Source: Octopus sinensis
Taxonomy: Eukaryota
Direction: 5' to 3'
DNA: 64,000 bases
NCBI RefSeq assembly: GCF_006345805.1
Contig: NC_042997.1
Location: forward strand, 112,902,001 to 112,966,000
Shown: one piece after another, positions 52,089 to 63,827 of the stretch
How positions within the stretch are numbered: the stretch's first letter is position 1
How the letters are laid out: each line of letters opens with the position of its first letter
Made by a program: the position numbers and the translations under genes
Notes under the pieces: model-generated
Told to the model about the DNA's origin: nothing
Database searches by the model: none
Seen by the model: only the letters and a program-made list of their open reading frames with translations

Positions 52089-52550
52089 CATCCAACGTCC
52101 GATAGCAATTGCAACTGCCCTGATAAAACCACCTGCCCCCTCAACAACTGCCTACAGAGGGACCTAGTATATACATGCGAGGTAAGATCAGGCCCTGACG
52201 ATAAAAGAAAATCCTACATCGGAATGACGTCAAACAGCTTTAAGACCCGTTGGTACGCACACACACACTCGTTCCGGCGACAGGATAAATCCAACCAAAC
52301 TACCCTCGCCGCCCACATCTGGTACCTTAAAAGGAACTCCATCCCCTTCAAGACCAAGTGGAAACTACTACAGAAGGCGCGCTCGTACACAGGAGGCCAT
52401 ACCTGCTGTGACCTCTGCATATCGGAGAGCCTAGAGATCTTGTTCGCCAAAGGCCCTCTCCTTAACAAAATCTCAGAACACTCCCCAAATTGTATGCATA
52501 AGAAGTATGCGAACTACAAGAACTATAGACCTACCCGGCAACCAGATTGA
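52089..52550 (+). CDS. GIY-YIG endonuclease domain of Penelope-like type with upstream Cys-rich linker; no RT in the window
   Basis: CNCPDKTTCPLNNC linker, LVY...SYIG, FKTRW..H, CDLCISE, LLN, CMH; ends at TGA TGA. This is the C-terminal part of track ORF 51381..52550. Confidence 0.85.
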   Translation, partial: HPTSDSNCNCPDKTTCPLNNCLQRDLVYTCEVRSGPDDKRKSYIGMTSNSFKTRWYAHTHSFRRQDKSNQTTLAAHIWYLKRNSIPFKTKWKLLQKARSYTGGHTCCDLCISESLEILFAKGPLLNKISEHSPNCMHKKYANYKNYRPTRQPD

Positions 52551-52639
52551 TGACACCCCACCCACAAAAACCCCCCCAATCCCACCGTTCCCCTAGCACC
52601 CCCGATTACCTTTTCTCCTAAGACCTTTCACATATTGTA

Positions 52640-53508
52640 TGTGCACGCTTGTATATGTGTATCGTATATATGTATAGAAATGTATGGGTATAGTAGGAAT
52701 ATACGCATGTATTATGTGTGTGTGTGCGTGTATGTATGTAAAAATATATATATATATTATATATATATATATATGTATGTGCGTGTGTTGGTGTGTGTGT
52801 GTATCTATGTATAGATGTATGTATGTATATATGTATATATGTGTGTATGCATATGTATGTGTATATGTATGTGTGTATGTATGTGTATGTATGTATAAAA
52901 TATTATATAATTAGGGCTTAGTAGAATGGGTTACTTTGCCACGTGCTGAACTTTCTGGAGGTAGCAGCCGGAAAGGTTTTTTGGCCTCTTCCGCTACTTG
53001 GAGAGTGTTTTCCCTCAGACATTGTTTACTCAAAAAAAGAATGGTCCTTTTACATACTGAATACTTGGTGAAATTGATTAATAACTAATTAACTTTACCC
53101 TCAATTGTTGATATATGTATGTGTGTGTATGTGTATATGTACATGTATGTATATGTGTATGTATGTATATATATATATATATAGTGTGTGTGTGTGTGTG
53201 TGTATATATTATATATATATATGTATGTGGTGTGTGTGTGTGTTTATATATAATATTATATATATATGCATATATGTATGTGTGTGTATATGTGTATATG
53301 TATGGATGTTTATATATATGAGTATATGTATGTTGTGTGTGTATATGTATATATATATGAGTGTACGCGAGTATGTCGATGTATATGTAGGTATGTAGAG
53401 TTATGTGTATGTGCAGGTATGTGAGTGTAGATACAAATTGTAGATGTGTATATATATGTATGGTTATTATATACATGTATATAGGTATATGTATGTGTGT
53501 GTATATGT

Positions 53509-53539
<31 letters not shown>

Positions 53540-54925
53540 ATATATATATATATATATGTATATGCGAGTATGTAGAGATATAAGTATGTGCATGTGTATG
53601 TGTATATGTGTGTATATATATGTATGGGTATGTGTATGTGTATGTATGTATGTATATATATATATATGTATGTGTGTGTGTATGTATGCATATACGTATG
53701 TATGTATGTATATATGTATATGTGTATGTATATATGTGTGTAAGTGTGTGTATATATGTAAATGTAAGTGTGTGTGCTTGTATGAGAATGTATGTATGTT
53801 TGCACACATGTATATATGTGTGTGTATGTGTATATGTATATGTGTATATATATATGTATATATATATATATGTATGTATATGTGTGTGTATACATGTGTG
53901 TATGTGTATGTATATATATGCGTGTGTATGTGTATATGTACATATACGCGTACGCTCGTGTGTTTACGTATATGTAGGTACGTAGAGTTATCTATGTGTG
54001 TATTTATATGTACATGTGTGTAAGTATGTATATATATATGTATATATGTATGTGTATGTGTGTGTGTGTATATATATATGTGTGTGTATATGTATGTGTA
54101 TGTGTATAAATATGTATGTATATATGTATATATGTATTTATGGTTTATATATACATCATGCAATAATTTCAGTGACTGGATCTCCTAGATTTCAGCTGCA
54201 TGGACACTCTGCATTACACTATGGTTACTGTGTGATCTGATAGCCATGTCTATTAGAGGAGTTTTCTGTGATAACCACATGATTCTATGAATCCATATAT
54301 TATAATACAAACATATAAGAAGCTTTCTTCTCAACTGCATGGTTCTGGGTTCAATCCCACTGCATAGCACCTTGGGCAAGTGTCTTCTATAGCCTCAGGC
54401 TGACCAAAGCCTTGTGAGTGGATTTGGTGACAGAAACTGGAAGAAGTCCATTGTGTATTTATGCATGTATGTGTCTTTATATCTGTGTTTACCCCCGCCA
54501 CTGCTTGACATCTGGTGTGGTGTGTTACGTTCCCGTAACTTATGTGTGTAAGTTTATATGTATGTATCCGTCATATAATAGGTAACTGCACGTACATATA
54601 CTTAATATTTATTATTTATTTTTTGAGTATGCATGTACGAATAACTGCGCGTATATATATTTTACTATTTACTTATTTTTTGAGTATGCATGTAAGTATG
54701 AATATAAGGAGGCGCGTGTGTGTGTGTGTGTATGTGTAAGCATAGATATATGTATACTTTTACGCATGTGTGTACTTATGTGTATATATGGATGCGCGCG
54801 TGTGTGTGTGTGTGTGTATGGGTACGCATGTACATGTGTATGTGCGTGTAGTGTATATATATGTATATGTGTGTGTATGCGTATGTGTGTGTATATATAT
54901 ATATATGTGTGTGTGTATATATATG

Positions 54926-54970
<45 letters not shown>

Positions 54971-55030
54971 ATTTGTATGTAGGTGTATATGTATGTGTGT
55001 GTATTTATATTTATTGGTGTATATATATAG
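52640..55030. repeat. Extended (TG/TA)n compound microsatellite between the GIY-YIG domain and the right arm, with unique islands at ~52910-53105 and 54137-54542
   Basis: Direct reading. Confidence 0.9.
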
Positions 55031-55379
55031 ACTAGCCTTCTAAGAGTGTAGACATGAATCTGTAGGTACGCGTACGTATGTGTATATACGTGAATGTATG
55101 TAGATGTATGTATGTGAATATAACGCGTGCGTGCGTGTATGTGTATGAGTGTACGAATGAGTGAGTGTACGTGCTAAAGAGTGTGCGTGAGTGAATGAGT
55201 GCTTGTTTTCCAGTAGACAAATAATGGACTGGCTGTCATAGCCAAGATGTTTGTGACCAAGCGGCCAAAGATAACAAAAGTAATAAACGAAGATAATAAA
55301 ATTAAAATTAGGGAATGGGTCTGTATTTGTATGTGTGTATATATGTGTGTATGTGTAGGTATGCATAGGTACACATATG

Positions 55380-55410
<31 letters not shown>

Positions 55411-55995
55411 ATATGTATGTATGTGTGTGTATATGTGTGTGTATGTGTATATATGTGTATATAGGGACTAGTGTGCTGTGTGTGCATGTGTGTGTGTGGA
55501 TATGTGTGTGTATGCGTGTATGTGAGTATGTGTGTGTATGTGTATATATATTTTCTGTGCGTATATGTATGTGTGGTCGTGTGTGTATATATACATGTGT
55601 GTATACGTGTATGCATGTGAGTGTGTGTATGTATACATATATGTGTATGTGTAGATGTATGTATGTGTATGTGTATATATATGTATATATATATGTGTGT
55701 ATGTATGTGTGTATGTATATGTATATATGTTTGTATGTGTGTGTATGTATGTATACATGTGTGCATAGGTATAAGTGAGAATCTCCTTATTTACCTAAAA
55801 CTCTATTCCCCTTTTTTTTATATATATTTTTTTATTTTTTATTTTTTTATTATTCTTCTATCTAATTTAACACTGACTCCTTGACCACTCCCCCAAGTAT
55901 GATATTTTGCGCTATGCCTACCCCCAAAAAGTCCCCCACCAACACCCCTTTAAACCTGCCTAAATGTATAAATGCCAATACAATTCTTGTTAACT

Positions 55996-56046
55996 AGCTT
56001 CCTGAAGATTTCTCTTGAATGAAACAGTTCTAGTCCTGTAGAAGCT
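55996..56046 (+). ncRNA. Type I hammerhead ribozyme (predicted cleavage after GUA at 56040)
   Basis: AGCUUC [stem I] CUGAAGA U-UUC-UCUU-GAA-U [short stem II] GAA ACAG-UUCUAGUC-CUGU [stem III] A GAAGCU [stem I']. Confidence 0.8.
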
Positions 56047-59000
56047 CCTTCTATATAATAAAATATATATATATATATATATGTATATATATGTATGTAT
56101 ATATATATATATATTTATGCGTGTTGTATTGTGTGTTGTTTGGCTAGATCCTTCAAGGCAGTGCCCCAGTATGGTCTCAGTCCGATAACTGAAACGAGTA
56201 AAAGAACAAAAAAATTATATATGAGACGGATAATTGGCGTAAGCATCATGTTCCAGCGACCAGATGAGCTGGCTTTCTTAATCTGCATTGGTTTGTAAAT
56301 ATACAATTATATTGTGCAACGTGAGTCATGTACATTGGCGCAGACATGTAAAATAATATATTGTACATTGAAATTATCATTACATGAAGAAGGCTGCAAA
56401 ATGGCTGTTTATCCTAAATATGTCAAGTGGTTAAATAATGTATATGGCTGAAGCGGGAAGACCAAAAATGGCTTGAAAGTCATAACATGCCAACAGGAAA
56501 ATAACATCACTAGGTGAGACAAGCTGACACTGAATTAGCTTCACTGATTGACAGGTGATGGTCTCGTTTAGAGAATGCATGGGCTAAGACTATGCACCTT
56601 CATTGGTCAGTTAAAGTTGAGACAGTGTTACGTGACAACATGCTGGAGCTGCCTGCTGGAGCCTAGCAGAGGGTATTTAAAGGGAAATTTGACAAGACAG
56701 TCAGTCGCCCGCTGACAATACATCGAAGAGACCAGGGAACAGAAGAAAGAAGGAGAAAGAAGACATGCACCCAATACCAGAGCTGAAGACACCTCAAAAT
56801 GGTAGAGGAGTAGGAGCTGAAACCAGACGTGGTTCCTCCTGATGATGTCTTGAGCTAACTGGATCCTATAAAGGAGCTGTTGTGGAAGCAGACCACGAAA
56901 CACGGTTGAAATTCTTCTTCATGTCTCATCCCTGCTGACTTTTTATGGTTTATATATACATCATGCAATAATTTCAGTGACTGGATCTCCTAGATTTCAG
57001 CTGCATGGACACTCTGCATTACACTATGGTTACTGTGTGATCTGATAGCCATGTCTATTAGAGGAGTTTTCTGTGATAACCACATGATTCTATGAATCCA
57101 TATATTATACTACAAACATATAAGAAGCTTTCTTCTCAACTGCATGGTTCTGGGTTCAATCCCACTGCATAGCACCTTGGGCAAGTGTCTTCTATAGCCT
57201 CAGGCTGACCAAAGCCTTGTGAGTGGATTTGGTAGACAGAAACTGGAAGAAGTCCATTGTGTATTTATGCATGTATGTGTGTCTTTATATCTGTGTTTAC
57301 CCCCGCCACTGCTTGACATCTGGTGTTGGTGTGTTACGTTCCCGTAACTTAGCAGTTTGGCAAGAGAGACTGATAGAATAAGTACCAGGCTTAAAAATTT
57401 GACTAAAGTTCCTCAAGATGGTGCCCCAGCATGGCCAGTCTAATGATTGAAACAAGAGAAAAGGAAATAAAAATAAACCAAATATATAACATTCAGAAAT
57501 ATTTTATATTTTCAATAAATATAAGAAATCAACATTTTTAAGACATGGCAGGGTTTTTTTGTTTTTTTCCCAAACATTTTTAGTAATATTGTTTTTATTA
57601 TAAAAATACACAAAATACTGAAAAAATTTAGCACCTCAAAAGTCACAGCAACATTTCGAATCAAGCAATGATGTTTACAAAAATATCTCATAATAAAATA
57701 GCTTTTGGATAGGTTTAATGGTTGTGGAAACTGGAAAGCAATTTTCAAGCAAATAATATAAAAAACAAAAATATTGAGACAGAAAGTTTGGTTAAAAGGA
57801 CAAAATGGCAGTGAGGTGTTGGATTACTGATTGTGGAGTAAAGTGGGACCATAAGCAAGATATAGTGAGTGAAAATATTAGGATTAACCTTAGTGGTAAG
57901 ATGAAGGCATTATTTAAACGACTTATTATGAAAAGGAAGGAGAAACAACCTATAATCTATGAATACGCTAAGGCCAAATGTGTGACACTGTTGTATGGTC
58001 AGTTCAAAGGAGAGAAGAGTGCTAGTGGTGAGAGTGAAAAGAAAAGGATTGTTATGTGTGTGTTTACTGAAGGGAACATCATCATCATCATTTAACGTCC
58101 GTTTTCCATGCTAGCATGGGTTGGACGGTTCGACTGGGGTCTGGTAAGCCATGGAGGCTGCACCAGGCTCCAGTCTGGTTTGGCAGTGTTTCTACAGCTG
58201 GATGCCCTTCATAACGCCAACCACTCTAAGAGTGTAGTGGGTGCTTTTTACGTGCCACCAGCACAGGGGCCAGATGAGGCTGGCAAACGACCACAATCGG
58301 TTGGTGCTTTTTACGTGTCACCGGCACAGGTGTCTTAACTACAATTTCCAGTAGAAAATGATGTAACTGTCAACATACTTAGCGGTTTGGCAAAAGAGAC
58401 CAATAAAATAAGTACTGGGCTTACAAAAGAATAAGTCCCAGGGTCGAGTTGCTCAATTAAAGGCGGTGCTCCAGCATGGCTGCAGTCAAATGACTGAAAC
58501 AAGTAAAAATGTAAAAGAGTAAAAGAGAATACATCACGATACATCAGCATATTTCAAATAACATGTCTGTACACTGACATGATTTTAAACATTGTACAAA
58601 AGAATATTATGACAGACAATAAAACCAAAAGTTCGTTGTTAGAGGTTTTAATGTTCTAACATTTAAAAATCAAATGCTTCAGAAAAAAATACAATTCTAT
58701 TTTACAATTCCATATAAACCATGGAATTTCCATTGTTACAGCTAATAGTTAAATTATTTGAGGGATTATATCTGAAGACTTCATAGAATTAAATATTATC
58801 ATTTAATGTCTGTCTTCTATGCTAGCATAAGTTTGACAGAATCTGATGGGTCCAAGGACTACATCAAGCTCCACTGTCTATTTGGGGATGGTTTCTAAGG
58901 CCGCATGTCCTCCTGACACTATTTTTACAGGTGGGTGCTTTTTCTCATGGCACTAGCATGAGTGAGGTCATCATGTAGTCTGAAAGACTATGAACCTTGA

Positions 59001-60441
59001 GAAACGCAGTTTCATGCGAGGAGAAAAGAGGTTAAAGTATGAGAAATGGGGGTCAGAATAGAACAGGTTTCTTGCTGTAGTGGGGCCACATGACAGTTGA
59101 CAGTTTAGAAGAGAAGACTTTGTTGAAGAAAATTTTATTAAATTCTGAGAAAAATATATCTATCGTGAAAATTCTTAAGGATTTCATCCAGTCAAGTATG
59201 CACATGTTTGCACACAGCCAGGGGTAAGATGTGCAGTTGTGTATGCAAGTGTCCCCTCCCCTCTGAATATCCCAACTTGGGCTTATACAGACTGGCATCG
59301 ATGTCATCACAGCTGTTACAGTCAGAACACAAAGAGTCGGAACTGATATTTCCAAGAATCTTTTCTAACCCTTTAACAAATCTGTTAATCCATTGCTCAG
59401 GAACGGTACTTTTTAATCAACTCTGAAAGGATGAAAGACAAAATGACTTTGGCAGGATCTGAACTCAAAGTATAGCAAATTGGAACAAATACTGCAAAGC
59501 ATTCTATCCAACATTCTAATTACTCTACTAATTAGCACCTAATTGTGAAAGTATAATTATAAATATTAAAATAAAAATATACAAAAATGTAAATTGATCT
59601 TCAAACCATTAGTTACCTCATTTCCGCTGAAATGTTTCCCTTCTTCAAACTAATTAAAAAAATATCATATTTGATGGTATATAAGATGTTTTCTCCACCA
59701 CCAAAATGTTTAAAAAAAAATCACCCAGGGTCCTATATGTGAAGTTGGGCCACCCAGAAGCTTTAATGCACAGAAATATTTTCCCCCTAAATATGTGTTG
59801 CTGAAATAGGGGTTTAATCTATTACAGCAGTGTCTTTTATGTATTCCACAACAGCAATGAAGAATTGATTAAAATGAGTTTGTCATAACTAATTTGGAAA
59901 ATAAATTAAGATGGAATTTTGAAGGAAAGTTTTAATTTACATCACTTTAAACAGAAAGTCGGAATCAGAGACGGAAGGACAGTCACAGACTGGTTGGTAT
60001 CAAAAGGGGTAATGAGCTTTAAAGAATATCAGAATAAATATAAGAATATAATCAACAAAAATACACTTGTTTCAAGCATGCAAGCACAGAATTAAAGCTT
60101 CTTGTAAAGGGTTACTCTTAAATGTCTCCAAAGTCACAGTTCCTAACCATGAAATATCTAGGAAAAATTACAATGACTCAATTTATGAAATCAGGTTCCT
60201 AAGAAAGAATCCATCATTTTGTGTCAACATCAACAAAATTGCTCTCACAGAGAAACCAGTCATAGTTTCTTTGTTTTTGTTGTATTTTGCAGTAACTTTT
60301 CCATGATATTTTTTGTTTTATTTGTCTTTGATTTTCCCTATATTTTAGAGGAGCAAGTGTTTCTGTACAAAAAATGCTTATTTCTGAGACAAACGCAAAT
60401 CCTGTAACAGACTTTGGCCTTATATGCATGCAGGCATTCAC

Positions 60442-63400
60442 TTAAGCCCGTTCTTCAAGAGCAGTACCCTCAGCATCAGTTTTGGAAGCAGCTTTGGCAG
60501 ATGCTTTTTCCAACCTTTCCAGTTGTTTTTTCTCATAAATATCATAAAATGTAACAAAGATTGAAAGGAAATTCTTGATCAGGAATATAGACATATTGTG
60601 CCCATAGAAATGGATTAAGCGTAAACGAATAACCAAATATGGAACATTGATTATCACTATCATTAAAATGCGGTACATGTTCATAAAAGAGTCTCTTAAT
60701 TTGATTTTACCATAATGCGAGTGACTAACAAGAAACAGAGGAATCAAAGGCATAAATATATTAATCAAAGAAAAACCTAAGATCGTTTTAGTCATTGCAA
60801 ATGTCAGAAGTACTTTGGACTGTTGAACAAAAAGGATGTCCAAAATGTCAACTGTGTCAAAAATGTCAAAGGTAACACCTGATGTTATTCTGTCAATATA
60901 TCTCCTATTCTCATTGTCTGGAGTGGTGCTGACCTGACACAGCAAATAAATTAGAAAGAGTGGAGCAGAAAGTGCAAGTGTTAATTTTAGGGTATTTGGA
61001 CCCCAATAATCCTTTATGCTTAATCTGGCAGCAAAGTTCTCAAAGCAAAACAAAACTTTTAGAAAAAGTACAATGGAATAAACTCCCCAAGCAATATAAA
61101 TAAGAGGGAGCTTTCCTGCTTTTGAAATTACTTGGAAGTTTTGTGGTTCAAAGTTTTCTCTGTGACTGTAAATGTATGAAAAAACCAACACTGAAAAATA
61201 AAAGATAACACATTTAGAACTAAAGTGAAATCTGTTTTATACATGATACATTCTAAATGAAGGATTAATGGAAACACTTACTAATACAAGAGATAAAGTA
61301 GTTTATTTGTGAAGATAGAACCAACAATACTGCAATAAAATGGTAGAATGGAAAGAAAATCCTGTTGAATCTTTGGTATGATCATTTTGAGGGTATTTTT
61401 TCAATAGTTACAGTAAAATAAGCATTAATTTTTACATTTTATTAGTTTTTTTTGTTTCCTTTTTGTTTGTAGATTGCTTTATACCAAAAGAGAAAAGTTG
61501 AGAGAAAAGTTGGACCTAAGAAGCATCAGATGTAGTGTGCAAGAGAGACGACTGCACTGGCATGGTCATGTAGCGAGAATGGCTGAGGATAGCTGTGTGA
61601 AAAAGTGCCACACCCTAGCGGTTGAGGGAACCTGTGGAAGAGGTAGACCCAGGAAGACCTGGGATGAAGTGGTGAAGCATGACCTTCGAACATTAGGCCT
61701 TACTGAGGCAATGACTAGCGACCAAGACATTTGGAAATATGCTGTGCTTGAGAAGACTCGGCAAGCCAAATGAGACCATAACCTTGTGGCCTATGTCAGG
61801 GGTGTAACCAGCCCACTTATGCATACCTTGCCTTCATTGGACGCTGCTTGCGAAGACCTGTTGAGGCAAGTGAAATCGAAATCAAATTCGGTGACTGGCA
61901 TCCGTGCTAGTGGAGCACTAAGAGCACCATCCGAGTGTGATTGTTGCCAAAGTGGCTAATTGGCGTTTGTGCCGGTGGCACGTAAAAAGCAGCATTTGAG
62001 CATGATCTTTACCAGCGTCACCCTACTGGCACTTGTGCTGGTGTGCAGGTGGCACGTAAAAAACACCATTTGGGCCTGGCTGCTGCCAGTACCGCCTGAC
62101 TGGCCCTCATCTTGGTGGCACGTAAATGCACCCACTACACTCTCAGAGTGGTTGGCATTAGGAAGGGCATCCAGCTGTAGAAACTCTGCCAGATCAAGAT
62201 TGGCTCCTGGTGCAGCCATCTGGTTCGCCAGGCCTCAGTCGAATAGTCCAACCCATGCTAGCATGGAAAGCGGACGTTAAACGATGATGATGATGATGAT
62301 AACATGGCAGTCCTGGTTTACAGCAACATTCATCCTAAACCAGGACTGCCATGTTATGTTGGCTAATGGGTATCTTTTAATGAAAATTCAGTTTACCTAC
62401 ACTACTTTACCCAACCTCGACTTTGTTTCCTCATAACTTCCAAAATGTTTTATGTTATTTGAAAGAGAATTTTTTGCTCTACAAGATAGTGTGCTTTGAT
62501 TTTAAAAAATTTTATTGATTCTTGTGTATTTTCAGGCCATTAAAATGGAATGTCAAGTGGGCATTTTCGACACCATTTGCTTTTTGCAGTTAATCAAGGT
62601 ATTACACTCACTGAAGCTGCTCATGAGATTTGTGCTGTGTATGGAGAAGGAGCAATGCCTCATAGTACTGTCTGCCATTGGTTTCCATGCTTCAAAAATG
62701 AGAATTTTAGCCTCAAGGCCAGATCACACACCGGTCAGCCAATTGAGTTCAATGAACCTTGCCCATTGAGTGAAGGTGGTTCACCATAGTTTTTTTTATC
62801 ACAATCCATCTGCTCCACCAATTCTCTGATCATTTGACATGAATTTTTGTGAAGTTGATCCAATGGATCTTCATCGAACTCAATTGGTTGACTGGCGTGT
62901 GATCTATCCATGAGGTCAAAATTCCCATTTTTGAAGCACGAAAACCAACAGCAGGCAGAACTTTGAGGTATTGCTCTTTCTCCATAAACAGCACAAATCT
63001 CGTGAGCAACTTTGGCAGACTTAACACCTCAATTAAATGTGAAAAGAAAATGGTGTTGAAAATGCTCAGGTTTGTCCACTTGACATTCCATTTTAATGAT
63101 CTGAAAAAAAAAAAAAAAAAAAAAAAAGCAAAAATCAAAACACACTATTTTGGAGAGCAAAACATTCATTTTCAAATAACATAAAACATTTTGCCATTGC
63201 ATTTTATTTCTGTATGCATTTTTAAATTTGAGAAAAAAAAACACTCATGAATTATTCCTCAACCCAATATACACACATATTTTACATGAAGCAGGATTAA
63301 AAAGATATCCAGCAATTTCAATGAAAAGAAATATAGTTTTCGCTTTTGGATTGCAAGATTCTTTATATGAGTTCGTGTGTTGAAGCATATTCTGTTGTGT

Positions 63401-63827
63401 CTGGGGAGAGTCATTTTCTTTTTGTGTCTTATAATTTAACAGACTCACCTGTAAAATTTCCACTTTTTTTTCTTCTTATTTTTATTGTCCTAAAATTTTC
63501 GTTGCATCTTGCAACCTTTTCAATAGTTTTGAAGAATAAAAATAAGAAAAAAAAAGTGGAAATTTTACCATTGAGTATATTACATAAGGCACAAAAAGAA
63601 AATTATTCTCCCCAGACACAACGAAATATAGTTTATTTAAAGCAACGAGAAGAATACAAACCTGTAATAAATAGCACCACCGTAACAACGTCAGCGATAA
63701 TCCACAACAACCATAGTTTGTTGATGTATGTAGACAAATAAACATCTAGAAATCCCATCTGAATGATCAGCAAAATGATGCACAAAATACGCAATGGTAT
63801 GGTGAAGAGTTTCTCACAAAAACCCAT
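60442..63827 (-). CDS. TMEM121/CECR6-family multi-pass membrane protein, complement(join(60442..61190,63662..63827)), 304 aa
   Basis: Exon 1 MGFCEKLFTIPLRILCIILLIIQMGFLDVYL...VVLFIT ends at ACAG|GTTTGT (phase 1). Exon 2 follows tatttttcag and restores frame (G+TG = Val). It has several hydrophobic helices plus family-like motifs D.FD..DIL..L and N.P...IRL.L...Y...SIFLIKN. A ttttcag acceptor at 63873-63871 implies a further 5' UTR exon beyond the window. Family call is from remembered motifs. Confidence 0.8.
61490..62300 (+). mobile_element. RTE 3' end (ORF end, UTR, GAT tail), antisense within the TMEM121-like intron
   Basis: EKLDLRSIRCSVQERRLHWHGHVARM...[20 protein letters not shown] then the standard tail. 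Confidence 0.88.
62530..63100. mobile_element. Two abutting, oppositely oriented mariner transposase 5' fragments (+ ~62530-62757; - ~63100-62758)
   Basis: Both begin ATTAAAATGGAATGTCAAGTGG and encode HFRHHLLFA...EAAHEICAVYGEGAMPHST..W...FKN.NF, a mariner N-terminal HTH. Confidence 0.8.
63386..63630. repeat. ~245-bp imperfect palindrome (MITE-like) 31 nt from the TMEM121-like exon 1 donor; half-copy at 42860-42998
   Basis: Arms ~63386-63487 and ~63533-63630 are reverse complements (TTGTGTCTGGGGAGA..ATTTTCTTTTTGTG.CTTAT). Confidence 0.85.

Larger units (their letters stand above)
51003..56062 (+). mobile_element. Penelope-like element relic: inverted ~1-kb arms (51073..52087 and 55070..56062) enclosing a GIY-YIG endonuclease domain, flanked by (TA)n
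   Basis: The arms are reverse complements over unique segments (e.g. 51073-51290 vs 55840-56062; 51830-51970 vs 55190-55330). Each ends in a hammerhead motif, and the GIY-YIG coding sequence starts right after the left arm. Confidence 0.8.
420..62300. repeat. About 30 dispersed 150-500 bp copies of the RTE 3' UTR/tail in both orientations (e.g. 4790-5140, 6310-6535, 11415-11800, 15950-16410, 18220-18432, 18960-19155, 19255-19530, 21780-22050, 28225-28500, 29210-29610, 32140-32700, 37690-38155, 44000-44360, 58080-58330)
   Basis: Shared core GGTTGGCGTTAGGAAGGGCATCCAGCTGTAGAAAC...CCAACCCATGCTAGCATGGAAAGCGGACGTTAAACGATGATG, identical in type to the tail attached to the long RTE; approximate count by eye. 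Confidence 0.88.

Noticed and set aside
52640-55884. Many long HTYI/VCMY-rich ORFs in the track (also 6515..6856 and 40009..40304)
   Set aside because: Translations of dinucleotide microsatellites
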